Shown: positions 1 through 8,899 of the stretch, piece after piece
Position numbering within the stretch: the first letter of the stretch is position 1
Layout: each line of letters starts with the position of its first letter
Source of the DNA: an uncultured delta proteobacterium
GTDB lineage: Bacteria; Myxococcota; Myxococcia; Myxococcales; 40CM-4-68-19
Assembly (NCBI GenBank): GCA_903911145.1
Contig: CAIWCD010000003.1
Span: 642 to 64,641 of the forward strand
DNA length: 64,000 bases
Direction: 5' to 3'
The notes under the pieces: generated by a model
What the model was told of the DNA's origin: nothing
Seen by the model: the letters and a program-made list of their open reading frames with translations, nothing else
Database searches by the model: none
Position numbers and translations under genes: made by a program

Positions 1-1135
1 GTCGAATGGTGCGTCCGGAATCAACGCTCCGCAGAGCGGATCCATCCAGTATTCCGGTGCGGCATACCTGTTCCGTTATTCCGGAACAGCATGGTCGCAA
101 GAGGCCTATTTCAAGGCCTCGAATCCAGATATCAACGCCTATTTCGGCGATTCACTCGCCTTGTCTGCCGATGGCAACACGCTGGCGGTCGGCTCGGTCT
201 ACGAGTCTGGGATTTCGACCGGTATCAACGGAAATGAGACGACAGCCACCTCGAGCCCCATCTATTACAACTCGGGAGCGGTGTATCTGTTTCGATATGC
301 AAACAACAGCTGGTCGCAGCAGGCCTATATCAAGGCATCAAATGCGACGGACAACCAGTTCTTCGGGTGGTCTGTCGCGCTCTCCTCCGATGGCGACACG
401 CTCGCTGTCGGGGCGGAGAGAGAGGCGAGCTCCGCAACGGGAGTGAACGGAGACCAGTCTGACACGTCCCAGCAGAAGGCCGGTGCGGTCTATGTCTTCC
501 GTTTCGCTTCCTCTGCCTGGACTCAAGAGGCCTATATCAAGGCATCGAATACCCTGGGTTCGCAATTCTTCGGATACGCGGTCTCTCTCGCTTCCGATGG
601 CAATACCCTTGCGGTTGGTGGCTATGGCGAGTCGAGCAATGCCATTGGAATCAATGGCGGCGAGTTCGATACTTCCGTCTCCCTGGCGGGCGCGGCGTAC
701 CTGTTCCGTTGCGCGAACGGCCACTGGTCGCAAGAGGCCTATATCAAGCCGGCCAATACGAACACAGAACAGTACTTCGGCATTTCGGCCAAGCTCTCCG
801 CGGATGGGAACATCCTCGCGGTTGGCGCTTATCGGGAGTCGGGGAACGCGACAGGGATCAACGGCGGAGACCCCGCCAATACCAGCGCGACATATGCCGG
901 TGCCGCATATGTCTTCCGATACGATGGTTCGTGGGTGCAGGATGATTATGTCAAGGCGACGAATACAAAAGCAGGTCAGTATTTCGGCTATTCGCTGGGG
1001 CTGACCTCCGACGGCAGTACCCTTGCGGCAGGAGCATTCCAGGAAGCGAGCAACGCGACAGGTATCGGGGGGGATCAGACGAACACAGCCGAGCCCGGCG
1101 CAGGAGCTGTCTATCTCTTTCCGACGGGAGAGTGA
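1..1135 (+). CDS. FG-GAP repeat (integrin-alpha-like beta-propeller) protein, 5'-truncated at window edge
   Basis: Frame 2 is open from nt 2 with no stop. It carries about 6 tandem ~65-aa repeats with the pattern FGxSxALSxDGNTLAVGA...TGINGxxxDxS..AGAVYxFR..W.Q.AYIKAxN, typical of FG-GAP. Third codon positions are GC-rich. Alternative-frame ORFs 6..446, 338..1162 and 483..1004 are Arg-rich and were rejected. Confidence 0.75.
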   Translation, partial: SNGASGINAPQSGSIQYSGAAYLFRYSGTAWSQEAYFKASNPDINAYFGDSLALSADGNTLAVGSVYESGISTGINGNETTATSSPIYYNSGAVYLFRYANNSWSQQAYIKASNATDNQFFGWSVALSSDGDTLAVGAEREASSATGVNGDQSDTSQQKAGAVYVFRFASSAWTQEAYIKASNTLGSQFFGYAVSLASDGNTLAVGGYGESSNAIGINGGEFDTSVSLAGAAYLFRCANGHWSQEAYIKPANTNTEQYFGISAKLSADGNILAVGAYRESGNATGINGGDPANTSATYAGAAYVFRYDGSWVQDDYVKATNTKAGQYFGYSLGLTSDGSTLAAGAFQEASNATGIGGDQTNTAEPGAGAVYLFPTGE

Positions 1136-1208
1136 CGCCCCCCCAGTCGTGACTTGAGGCACACTGCGCGATGGAGGACCGAGTCGGGCGCAGCGGGCGA
1201 GAACGGCT

Positions 1209-1715
1209 TCAGGATGACTTCACCCGTCTTGTCAGCAGTTCGCGGAGCTGATCCGGTGCTGGCACCGCGCTCTTGGGAAGGAGCACGAGGGTGAAGCCGG
1301 AGCAGATGACGAATAAGTCCTTCAGCTCAAACCAGCGCTTGAAGTTCGACCACTCCAGTTGTGCTTGTCCGCGTGGTCCAGACGCGGTCAAGCCGGTTTC
1401 TGAGAGGTGATAGCTGATTCCCCTCTCGCAAAGCTCACGGATCACAGGGCCGTTGATCCCGGCGAAAGCAATTCCGAACGGGAGCAAGAGAACCGGGATG
1501 GCGCACGCCAGCCAGAGCTGAAACGGCAGATCCGAGAGCCTGAGCGCCGGAGCGTGAAGAGGAAGGGAAGCGCGATGCCGGCAGCGATTGCCAGTTGTGC
1601 CCACGTCGAGGCGAAATACAGCGTCAACCGTGCACGAATGATTTGGCTCTTGGTCGGTCGCGCTTCGATGTCCATCGATTCCTCGTTGGTTCCGGATAGC
1701 ACAGTGGTCCTGCAT
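1209..1715 (-). CDS. hypothetical small membrane protein (start ambiguous: 1715 or 1760)
   Basis: GC3-rich frame on the minus strand. A hydrophobic segment (LWLACAIPVLLLPFGIAFAGI) is followed by a charged C-terminus. The N-terminus runs into repeat unit A, so the start is unclear. No recognisable family. Confidence 0.4.
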   Translation of the reverse strand: MQDHCAIRNQRGIDGHRSATDQEPNHSCTVDAVFRLDVGTTGNRCRHRASLPLHAPALRLSDLPFQLWLACAIPVLLLPFGIAFAGINGPVIRELCERGISYHLSETGLTASGPRGQAQLEWSNFKRWFELKDLFVICSGFTLVLLPKSAVPAPDQLRELLTRRVKSS

Positions 1716-1716
1716 C

Positions 1717-1975
1717 GGGAACGTAATCGGTGGGCTGTTCGGTGCTTCCGCGAGCGTCACTCCCCTCGGGAAAAGGCGCGCCTGACAGGAGTCGAACCTG
1801 TGGCCCGCGGCTTCGAAGGCCGCTGCTCTATTGGCTGGGCTCGGGAATATCTCAGAACAGGAAGGCCGCGTTGGACGCGGGCTCTCGAATCTCAGAATAT
1901 TTGGCGCCAGGCTCGCCGCCTAAGTCCCAAATATTTCGGGAACGTAAAACGTAAGAGGAACGTAATCGAGGGGGT
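1717..1975. repeat. repeat unit A (long form): gggaacgtaa motif + tRNA-Arg 3' fragment (1775-1831) + ~140-bp extension ending in (g)ggaacgtaa..ggaacgtaatcga
   Basis: Positions 1775-1831 are identical to tRNA positions ~21-76 (ggcgcgcctgacaggagtcgaacctgtggcccgcggcttcgaaggccgctgctctat). The sequence then diverges from the tRNA (ttggctgggctcgggaatatctcagaac...). Units B and D share the same extension. Confidence 0.8.
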
Positions 1976-2058
1976 TGGAACGGGTCGCGCCCCCCCCCAG
2001 AGAGGCTGGCCCGCTGCCTCCCTTGACGACAACGTAGCCTACGGGATACATTGTTCTT

Positions 2059-2349
2059 GTGTTGGAAATTCGCAAAACTCAGGTCTTTGCCAGTTGGCTC
2101 GATGGGCTCCGAGACCTTCACGGACGCGCGCGAGTCCAGGCTCGGATCGAACGCCTCGCAGCAGGGAACGCCGGGGACGTGAAGCCGGTAGGCGAAGGCG
2201 TTTCCGAGATGCGGATCAAGACCGGGCCTGGCTATCGCGTCTACTTCATCAAGCGCGGGCGCGAGGTGATCGTTCTGTTAGCCGGCGGCGACAAGAGCAC
2301 GCAGCCCGCCGATATCGAGACCGCCAAGCAGCTCGCACGGAACCTATAG
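2059..2349 (+). CDS. type II toxin, RelE/ParE-superfamily 'addiction module killer protein' (HigB-like); GTG start
   Basis: The 96-aa product MLEIRKTQVFASWLDGLRD...DVKPVGEGVSEMRIKTGPGYRVYFIKRGREVIVLLAGGDKSTQPADIETAK matches the conserved killer-protein family that pairs with the downstream antidote. Confidence 0.85.
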   Translation: MLEIRKTQVFASWLDGLRDLHGRARVQARIERLAAGNAGDVKPVGEGVSEMRIKTGPGYRVYFIKRGREVIVLLAGGDKSTQPADIETAKQLARNL

Positions 2350-2357
2350 GAGCACTT

Positions 2358-2657
2358 ATGAGGAAGACGAAGACCACCACGACTAAGTACGACGTCGCCG
2401 AGCACCTTCGCACACCGGAAGAGATGGCGGCTTATCTGGAGGCGTGTCTCGAGGAAGCGGACGGCGACGCGGCCTTCATCGCGAAGGCGCTGGGGGACAT
2501 CGCGCGTGCGAAAGGCATGAGCCAAGTGGCGCGCGATTCAGGCCTGTCGCGGGAGAGCCTATACAAGGCGCTGTCGGGCGAACGCAGTCCCGACTTCGCC
2601 ACCATCCTTAAAGTCGTGGGCGCCCTGGGCTTGAAGCTTCACGCTGCGCACGGTTGA
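2358..2657 (+). CDS. type II antitoxin, 'addiction module antidote protein' (HigA-like HTH)
   Basis: The 99-aa product has DVAEHLRTPEEMAAYLEACLEE and a C-terminal HTH (MSQVARDSGLSRESLYKALSGERSPDFATILKVVGALGLKL). It lies 8 nt downstream of the toxin. A long Arg-rich upstream extension (ORF 1407..) was rejected. Confidence 0.85.
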   Translation: MRKTKTTTTKYDVAEHLRTPEEMAAYLEACLEEADGDAAFIAKALGDIARAKGMSQVARDSGLSRESLYKALSGERSPDFATILKVVGALGLKLHAAHG

Positions 2658-2661
2658 TCTG

Positions 2662-3225
2662 ATGGCTCATCACAAGCGGCGGCGGCCGAAGCACCAGCGA
2701 GCAGGTTGTCTACTCTGTAAGCCGTGGAAGGACGAGCGCGCGAAGAGCACGGGCTCGAGCGGTCACGTCTCGTTCAGCGTGTCCAATGCATCGACGTGCA
2801 TTACGGACATATCGAACGCGAGCTGCGAACAGACTGTCTCCACCATGCCGAGCAGCTGCGGGGGTGTACTTGTCGGCAAGTTGGCGAACGGCAGCGCCTG
2901 CCAGTTTGGTGTCGAGTGCGAGAGCACGCTCTGCCTGAACGAAACCAATGCGGGGACCAGCCTCGCGACGCCCGGAACCTGCGCAGCACAGGCATCCGCG
3001 GGGCAGGCCTGCACCCCACCTTTGTCAATGGATACCTGGGTCCAATACCGAACGCTGGGAGGCTCAATCTGCGCGGCGGGATCGTATCCGAGCACAGACA
3101 TCACGGGGACCGGCTCGGGCGCGCCGTGCACTTGTGTCGCGTTGACCTCGACCGGCACGGCATGCCCGGCCAGCACTCCCCTCGACGCGCAGACCTGCAG
3201 CTCGTTCTTCAATCCGCGGCAATAG
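2662..3225 (+). CDS. Cys/Thr/Ser-rich small protein with basic N-terminus (MAHHKRRRPKHQRAGCLLCKPWK), unknown function
   Basis: The frame has strong GC3 bias, low Arg content and 17 Cys. Competing frames (2724..3236 +, 2763..3494 -) are Arg-rich and antisense-like. There is no SD sequence, and the start is 4 nt after the antitoxin stop. There is no obvious signal peptide. Confidence 0.4.
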   Translation: MAHHKRRRPKHQRAGCLLCKPWKDERAKSTGSSGHVSFSVSNASTCITDISNASCEQTVSTMPSSCGGVLVGKLANGSACQFGVECESTLCLNETNAGTSLATPGTCAAQASAGQACTPPLSMDTWVQYRTLGGSICAAGSYPSTDITGTGSGAPCTCVALTSTGTACPASTPLDAQTCSSFFNPRQ

Positions 3226-3337
3226 TTCTGGAGTAGGGATCTCCAGGCGCGTCTTCCAGCCCGAGGAGGACGGAGCCATTCGTGCGCACGCTGCCTCGCT
3301 TGACAAAAGTGCCAGGGGGGGGGTAGCCGCCCGCGCC

Positions 3338-4642
3338 ATGCACAAACCCTCCCGACTTGTCTTCGCTGGGCTGCTCTCGTGCCTCGCGGTCGGCTCCGCC
3401 GCGAACAGCGCTCCCGTCGTGTCGTCGGGCACCGATGATTTCGCCGCTCTTGATGAACCCGAACCGAACGGCGTGAACACGCATTGCCAGACACTGCATG
3501 ACGTTCCCGTTGGCCGCCTCCGCCTCTTTTACGTGCGCGGGTTCGATGGCTTCTTCAAGATCTGGCTCCCTGAAGCAGCAGATTGGACGATCCAGTGCGA
3601 CCAAGGAGAGCTCTTCCACGCGCTCTCGAAGTCGCTTCGCCTCGAGGCGAACCTGCGCATGTATAAGCCGAAGCCAGGCGAGGACACATCACCAGCGAAA
3701 TATCTGGCGATGGTCGGCGCGCGGTTCAAGAACGGGATCGAGGCAAGTGGCGCGCGCGTGACCCATAGCGATGTCGCCGCGCTGACCCAGGGAGAGGATA
3801 ACGGCCCACTCGGCCTCGACATGACGATCGACGCGCCAGCGGGCCATTCGGCGCCGCTCTTCCCGCAAGATTCGTTCTACGCGACGCACGCCGGACCGGA
3901 TGGAGTGCAGTTCGACCTGCATCTCCGCGCCTATTTCCGCACTCCCGCGGAGCAGGCGCAGTTGCGCTTCAAGGCTCACATTGCGCTCACCTCGTTCATC
4001 GTCTCGGGAATCGATCCTTCGGCCGTCGCGAAAATGAATTCTGCCGCCGCGGAGATCGCAACTCCAAGTCGACCCCCGGCAGGATTCGCCGGCGTCTCGG
4101 CGACGAATTTCTCCGAGAAGACACTCTCTGCGATGAAGGCCGTGCTCGATTGCACGCGAGACGCAATGATGGCGCGCTATTGCGCAGCGCTCGATCGTTT
4201 CAGCGCCGCCAAGCCGCTCTCTCCCACGACGAGCGGCGCCTGGGCCGGCAGCACACTCGAGCTCGAAGCGGGGCGGAAGACCAAGATTTCCGACGTCGGC
4301 GAAGGCATTCACGCTCTCTACCTGAAGCAAAGCAAAGGCTCGTTCAAGTCCATGAGAGCCTCGAACGCCTCCGAGTCGGTGGACATGCACAAGGCTCTCA
4401 ACGAGCTGCACGCGGGGTACGCGCCAAGCCCGTCGGGCGGGCTGATGAAGCGCATCGTGGAGCTCACGCCGTCGGAGATGAAAGCGCTTGAGCAGAAGAC
4501 GGAAACCCTATCGTTCATCATCGAGGAGGATTCCGACAGTGTGACGCGCGCGTTCGTCCGCGAGAACGAGAAGGAGATCCTCGTCGTGGAGATCTGGGGG
4601 GACGGCTACGAGATGGAGGTAGGCATCTTCCCGAAGCCGTAA
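3338..4642 (+). CDS. secreted hypothetical protein (N-terminal signal peptide)
   Basis: The 434-aa product starts MHKPSRLVFAGLLSCLAVGSAANSAP, a signal-peptide-like N-terminus. The composition is protein-like. No recognisable domain. Confidence 0.6.
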   Translation: MHKPSRLVFAGLLSCLAVGSAANSAPVVSSGTDDFAALDEPEPNGVNTHCQTLHDVPVGRLRLFYVRGFDGFFKIWLPEAADWTIQCDQGELFHALSKSLRLEANLRMYKPKPGEDTSPAKYLAMVGARFKNGIEASGARVTHSDVAALTQGEDNGPLGLDMTIDAPAGHSAPLFPQDSFYATHAGPDGVQFDLHLRAYFRTPAEQAQLRFKAHIALTSFIVSGIDPSAVAKMNSAAAEIATPSRPPAGFAGVSATNFSEKTLSAMKAVLDCTRDAMMARYCAALDRFSAAKPLSPTTSGAWAGSTLELEAGRKTKISDVGEGIHALYLKQSKGSFKSMRASNASESVDMHKALNELHAGYAPSPSGGLMKRIVELTPSEMKALEQKTETLSFIIEEDSDSVTRAFVRENEKEILVVEIWGDGYEMEVGIFPKP

Positions 4643-4700
4643 CGCGGCAGTGCGCAAGAGCGTGCGAACGCCGCCAGCGTGCACCCTCCCCGAGGTAGAC

Positions 4701-4936
4701 GGGAACGCAACGGGAACGTAATCGTCGGTCCCGGAAGTCTTGAGAAAGGCGCGCCTGACAGGAGTCGAACCTGTGGCCCACGGCTTCGAAGGCCGCTGCT
4801 CTATTGGCTGGGCTCGGGAATATCTCAGAACACGAAGGCCGCGTCCGACGCGGGCTCTCGCACCGCAGAGTATCTGGCGAGAAGTTGGCCGCCTGGGTCC
4901 CGGATATGTCGGGAACGTAAGAGGAACGTAATCGGT
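4701..4936. repeat. repeat unit B (long form) with tRNA-Arg 3' fragment at 4748-4804
   Basis: It is bounded by gggaacgcaacgggaacgtaatcg on the left and gggaacgtaagaggaacgtaatcgg on the right. The tRNA fragment carries one mismatch (cccacggc). Confidence 0.8.
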
Positions 4937-4991
4937 GGAGGTTAGAGATACTCCGGAGAATATCCAGACAGACCGGACGAAGGAGGTTCGG

Positions 4992-5297
4992 TCATTGCCG
5001 CCCGCGCCAGTACCCTGGTCGACGGCGAACGTGTGCGACAGCGAGAACACGAAACTCGTCGGCTAACTCGACGAAGTACAACGCGTAGGGGAAGCGCTCA
5101 ACGGGGCAGCGACGGATACCAGTACTCGGCCTCACTCCCGGTGCCAGCGGGAACGAGCTGGGGCGGTCGGAGATCTGCTGGGCAGCGACACGAACCGCAT
5201 GGACAAGGTCGACTCCCAGGCCAGCGTTCTCTTCGTACCAGTCCTCAGCCGCGGACAGCTCTTCTTGGGCGGCTCGCGCAAGACGAACAGGCTTCAT
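4992..5297 (-). CDS. parE: ParE/RelE-family toxin
   Basis: The 101-aa product carries RFPYALYFVELADEFRVLAVAHVRRRP, the ParE signature. Its start overlaps the upstream antitoxin stop (ATGA at 5294-5297). Confidence 0.85.
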   Translation of the reverse strand: MKPVRLARAAQEELSAAEDWYEENAGLGVDLVHAVRVAAQQISDRPSSFPLAPGVRPSTGIRRCPVERFPYALYFVELADEFRVLAVAHVRRRPGYWRGRQ

Positions 5298-5536
5298 CGG
5301 CCCCCGCCGCGACGCTTGGCCTCAAGCTCGTCGCACGCGGTGTTAAGGTCGACACCCGCCTCGGCATGAACGTCACTCGCCCGTCGCTCCAGCTCCTGAG
5401 CCCACGCTGTTTCGACAGCGCCCGTGGGCTCGTCATTCGCCGCATCGAGACTGTCAATCAACTCGTGGATGATCTGACCGCGCTCGGAAACGGGCAACTT
5501 GAGCGCTTCCTGGAGGATCGCGGCGGCAGGAGACAT
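5294..5536 (-). CDS. small antitoxin ('putative addiction module component' family) partner of ParE
   Basis: The 80-aa product is MSPAAAILQEALKLPVSERGQIIHELIDSLD...AWAQELERRASDV. The ATG maps to cat at 5534-5536. The longer ORF up to 5791 is an Arg-rich extension and was rejected. Confidence 0.8.
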   Translation of the reverse strand: MSPAAAILQEALKLPVSERGQIIHELIDSLDAANDEPTGAVETAWAQELERRASDVHAEAGVDLNTACDELEAKRRGGGR

Positions 5537-5632
5537 GATGGCAGAATAACCCAGCCGCGCCCCCTCCGTCGAGTGCGGGGCCTGGGGAACTGTTCCGAGA
5601 AACCCAGTCCCGATAGAATTCCTGAGACGGGG

Positions 5633-5998
5633 ATGCCGATGCGAGCACTGAAACTGATCCGAACGAAGAGTGACTACGAGGAGGCTCTGGGTGAAGTGGA
5701 GCAGCTGTGGGGTGCGCGTCGCGGCACGCCGAAGGGAGATCGCCTCGACGTCTTGGCAACGTTGATCGACGTCTACGAGAACGAGCACCACCCGATCGAT
5801 CCTCCCGACCCGATCGACGCCATCAAGTTTCGGATGGAGCAGCAGGGGTTGGTGCGCAAAGACCTCGAGGGGATTATCGGAACGAGGACGCGAGTCGCCG
5901 AAGTGTTGAACCGGCGGCGACCGCTATCGATTGGGATGATCCGGCGGCTGCACGCGAAGCTTGGTGTGCCGGCAGAGATCCTGATCCACGCGACGTAG
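5633..5998 (+). CDS. higA: HigA-like antitoxin / XRE-family HTH regulator (no cognate toxin adjacent)
   Basis: The 121-aa product has an N-terminal HigA-type domain plus a C-terminal HTH (QGLVRKDLEGIIGTRTRVAEVLNRRRPLSIGMIRRLHAKLGVPAEILI). The architecture is the same as E. coli HigA. The start was moved to the internal ATG at 5633. Confidence 0.8.
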   Translation: MPMRALKLIRTKSDYEEALGEVEQLWGARRGTPKGDRLDVLATLIDVYENEHHPIDPPDPIDAIKFRMEQQGLVRKDLEGIIGTRTRVAEVLNRRRPLSIGMIRRLHAKLGVPAEILIHAT

Positions 5999-6067
5999 AG
6001 GCACCGAGAGCACTGACGAAGAAGACGAAGGCCAGTTCGCTCATCGGCTGTTCTGGGCAGCGCTCAG

Positions 6068-7504
6068 CTATCCATAGTTCGTGGGCAAGGCCGACCGATA
6101 CTCCTCAACGGCCCCACGCATGGCCCAACCCGCCGACCCGATCTCAAGCGCACGCCCGAGGAGTACGTCTGCCTCTCTGTGCTCCCCTTGATTGGCAAGT
6201 TGCTCCGCAAGATCGGCGAGGCTGCCCGCGTGCTGGTCCCGGTTGAAATTCGGGAGAGAGACCGAGACTCGCATTGAATCGATCGCTTCTGCGAATCTGC
6301 CAAGGTCGACGAGTGCGCGCGAACGCCAGTAGGGAGCGCGTTGGGAGTCCGGAGCTATCGTCACAAGTTCTTCTACCGCGACGAGCGCCGCCTCGTTCTC
6401 GCCGGACCGGCGCAGTGCCACAACCCTGTTTCCCGCCGCATTCTCGTCATCACTCTCGCCTTGTGTATTTGACGTACGCCGGATGAGCTCCTGCGCCGCC
6501 TCAAGAAAGTCCTCGTTGTGCTCGATTCGCGTCGATTCGCTCTTCGCGAGGAGCATCGATTCAATCTGTTTCCACTTCTTCGGCGCGGGAACGGTGACGC
6601 GCGAGAAGGCATCATCGACCGGTTTCACGAAGGCCTTCATCGCGATTAAGAACTGAGAAGCTGGTATCGCTGCCCAATCACCGTTCCCTGATTGCAGCGC
6701 GACAAAGTCGGCGTTCGGAAGCAGGCACTCCTCGCGAGGTAAATAGCAGGTGAAATGCGTATCTGCCTGCACACGCCTCAGCGCCGCGATATCGGCAATC
6801 GTCGGCGTGAGCAGCGTGGCAAGCGGCATATGCGGCAGCGGACGAAGCAGAGGGAGGAGCGCACTCGTGAAGAGCGGTCTGATGGGCAGCGCGGCGAGCC
6901 CTGGATCCTGCGCTGCGACGAGAGCCTCAGCGAAACGATGGCCGTCACCGCTGCGGAATGGGGACGTTTCGAGAAGCGCGCGATCTGCAAACACTCGAGC
7001 CAAGAACCCTTCACCAACCGCAGTGGCATGATGAGGTCCAGAGAATAGGAAGAGACTGTTGCGCGCGACCTCCGGCTCGACTTTGTCCCAGAACATCTCG
7101 TCGTTCTGAATGTCGTGCCAACCTCGAGGCCACGCACGAACCTGCTTGGGAGTGAAATACTGGCCAGGTCTTCCCGGCGGAAAGCCCGTTGGCGCGCTTG
7201 GCGCTGTCAACTCGTCCCAGGTCCCCGGCGGATCCTCCTCGACATCGACGGGAACTCGGTGCCTCGCGGCCCAGGCTGTCGCTAAGTCAACCGCGAGCGA
7301 AACGTCATCATTCGAAGCGAAAACAGGGATACGAATCCGCGTGCCGTCCTCAGTATCGTCGAAGAAGACGCCGCGGGACGGATTCCCGCGCCAGGCGAGC
7401 CAACTCCGCAATCCGCGCAGCCGAACTGGTTTGTACGAGACGGCACTGTCTCGCAAGAACTGTGGCTGCGCCGCAATGCCCGGGATGAGAAAGCTGTAGC
7501 TCAC
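6068..7504 (-). CDS. hypothetical protein (478 aa), helical/TPR-like C-terminus
   Basis: A long GC3-biased ORF that ends 28 nt before repeat unit C. No family is recognised by eye. Confidence 0.6.
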   Translation of the reverse strand: MSYSFLIPGIAAQPQFLRDSAVSYKPVRLRGLRSWLAWRGNPSRGVFFDDTEDGTRIRIPVFASNDDVSLAVDLATAWAARHRVPVDVEEDPPGTWDELTAPSAPTGFPPGRPGQYFTPKQVRAWPRGWHDIQNDEMFWDKVEPEVARNSLFLFSGPHHATAVGEGFLARVFADRALLETSPFRSGDGHRFAEALVAAQDPGLAALPIRPLFTSALLPLLRPLPHMPLATLLTPTIADIAALRRVQADTHFTCYLPREECLLPNADFVALQSGNGDWAAIPASQFLIAMKAFVKPVDDAFSRVTVPAPKKWKQIESMLLAKSESTRIEHNEDFLEAAQELIRRTSNTQGESDDENAAGNRVVALRRSGENEAALVAVEELVTIAPDSQRAPYWRSRALVDLGRFAEAIDSMRVSVSLPNFNRDQHAGSLADLAEQLANQGEHREADVLLGRALEIGSAGWAMRGAVEEYRSALPTNYG

Positions 7505-7531
7505 TTGTTGTCTCCAGACTTGGAGTCGATC

Positions 7532-7628
7532 GGGAACGTAACGGGAACGTAATCGGAGGGCTCGCGGGCGTTTCCGACCCGGTGCAAAGGCGCGCCTGAC
7601 AGGAGTCGAACCTGTGGCCCGCGGCTTC
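7532..7628. repeat. repeat unit C (short form): gggaacgtaacgggaacgtaatcg + flank + tRNA-Arg 3' fragment 7589-7628 ending in anticodon-loop position
   Basis: Identity to the tRNA stops at ...cccgcggcttc, then gives way to unique sequence. Confidence 0.8.
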
Positions 7629-7673
7629 TTGCGGTTGTCCCATTCCTCATCGGGTCTAACCGTTGCAAGGCGG

Positions 7674-8816
7674 TTAGCCTTTGCGACCTAATATCCTCGA
7701 CCAGAAGCTCGGCGTCTTCTCCTCAGCGCCTGGCTCCATATTTTTGCGCGGAAGCATGACAGCCGACTCGGCGTTTATCTCGAATGCAGCGTCGGCGCCT
7801 TCGCCGGCAGCATCCCCCTCATTGTCACCGTCATCCGCATCCTCGGGCCAGCCGATCTTGATAAGGCAGAACGTGCCATCTTCCCCGCGCGCGCCAGCGA
7901 TCGACGTGTTGCCATCACCGCCCATCCCCGCGACGTACCCCCGCCCGAGGATGTCTCCGCCTTCCTCCATCTTGCGGCGATACCGGCGATCGGCGCAGAT
8001 CTCCTGATCGGCGACGTGGAGCGAGCCGCCCTCGACAGGAACCTCTCCGAGCGGCTCGAGTTTCGCCAGCAACTCGACAACTCGCCCAGCCGCGTCACGG
8101 GTCAGAACAAGGTGCTCGTACGCTTCATTATTGTTGCGAAAGAGCGCGAACCACTCGCCACTCGGGCACGGTGCGATCACGTTGAGAAAGAGGTTCTCCT
8201 CCAGCGCGGATTCAGACTCGCCGCTCGGGTACTCGCCAATCGCGAGCTTTCCGCTGAAGACTCGAAATGAGCCTTCAGTCTCCCAGCCGGGGGGCGCTGT
8301 TGAGAGCGGCTCAATTGGCCCGTCGTCGTCGCGATCCGGCGCTTGGTACCCAAACGCGGGCTGGCCCTTGTGCAGCTGGCCGCGCAGTGTGCCCTTCTTC
8401 TTCTTCAGCGAGAGAGCCAGCTCCGGCAGCAGTAGATCTTCGAGCTTGTTGAGTGCGAGGAGCTGCGTCTCCTCTGGCTTCGAGACGCGATAGAGCTGCT
8501 GCAGGATCGCTGCTTGCTCGTTAGGCGTGCCGGATCGCAGCGCCATCTGCAGATCAAGATACTGATCGCCCCAATCACGGACATCGGGCTCGCCACTCTT
8601 CTGCATCAGTAGCTTGTGCACGTCGTTCGCGGTGTCGCGGTCCATGGCCGGACGCAGCAGCGCATCGAGCTTCTCCACCTTGATCTCGACGACGTCAGGA
8701 CGGTCATCTACCGTGGCGAGCTTCCATCGATCGCCTTCAGTGGACGTCACGGTACACAAGCCGAATCCACGGACAACGACTGCCTCGCCGACCTTCACTG
8801 AGTTCGCGATCGCCAT
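7674..8816 (-). CDS. CarD/CdnL/TRCF-family RNA-polymerase-interacting domain protein fused to unknown ~230-aa C-terminal region with acidic tail
   Basis: The N-terminal 150 aa (VKVGEAVVVRGFGLCTV...VEIKVEKLDALLRPAM...VRDWGDQYLDLQMALRSGTPNEQAAILQQLY) align by eye to CdnL/CarD N-domains. The C-terminus is acidic (EDADDGDNEGDAAGEGADA) and lacks AT-hooks. Confidence 0.7.
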   Translation of the reverse strand: MAIANSVKVGEAVVVRGFGLCTVTSTEGDRWKLATVDDRPDVVEIKVEKLDALLRPAMDRDTANDVHKLLMQKSGEPDVRDWGDQYLDLQMALRSGTPNEQAAILQQLYRVSKPEETQLLALNKLEDLLLPELALSLKKKKGTLRGQLHKGQPAFGYQAPDRDDDGPIEPLSTAPPGWETEGSFRVFSGKLAIGEYPSGESESALEENLFLNVIAPCPSGEWFALFRNNNEAYEHLVLTRDAAGRVVELLAKLEPLGEVPVEGGSLHVADQEICADRRYRRKMEEGGDILGRGYVAGMGGDGNTSIAGARGEDGTFCLIKIGWPEDADDGDNEGDAAGEGADAAFEINAESAVMLPRKNMEPGAEEKTPSFWSRILGRKG

Positions 8817-8899
8817 GTAGAATCCTCCAAAACAAACGGGCGATAGGAACCCCGCCCGCTACGCTGCTCGAACGAGTCGAACAATCGCACGCATTCCTC

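Noticed and set aside
338-1162. Minus-strand 274-aa ORF, plus 6..446, 483..1004 and 709..945, inside the FG-GAP gene
   Set aside because: These are Arg/Cys/Gly-rich antisense or alternative-frame translations typical of high-GC DNA. The FG-GAP frame has the repeat structure and GC3 bias.
1407-2657. 416-aa plus-strand ORF spanning repeat unit A and the TA pair
   Set aside because: Its first ~315 aa are Arg-rich low-complexity readthrough that crosses a repeat and overlaps the toxin gene in another frame. Only the C-terminal 99 aa, from the ATG at 2358, match the antidote family.
4508-5050. ORFs 4508..5050(-), 4518..4781(-), 4679..4945(+), 8859..9200(-), 8925..9443(+) and 10510..11166(-), which cover the repeat units
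   Set aside because: They lie wholly or largely within the tRNA-fragment repeats and translate the same DNA in several copies (shared peptides such as GAPDRSRTCGPRLRRPLLYWLGSGISQ). They are non-coding repeats, not genes.
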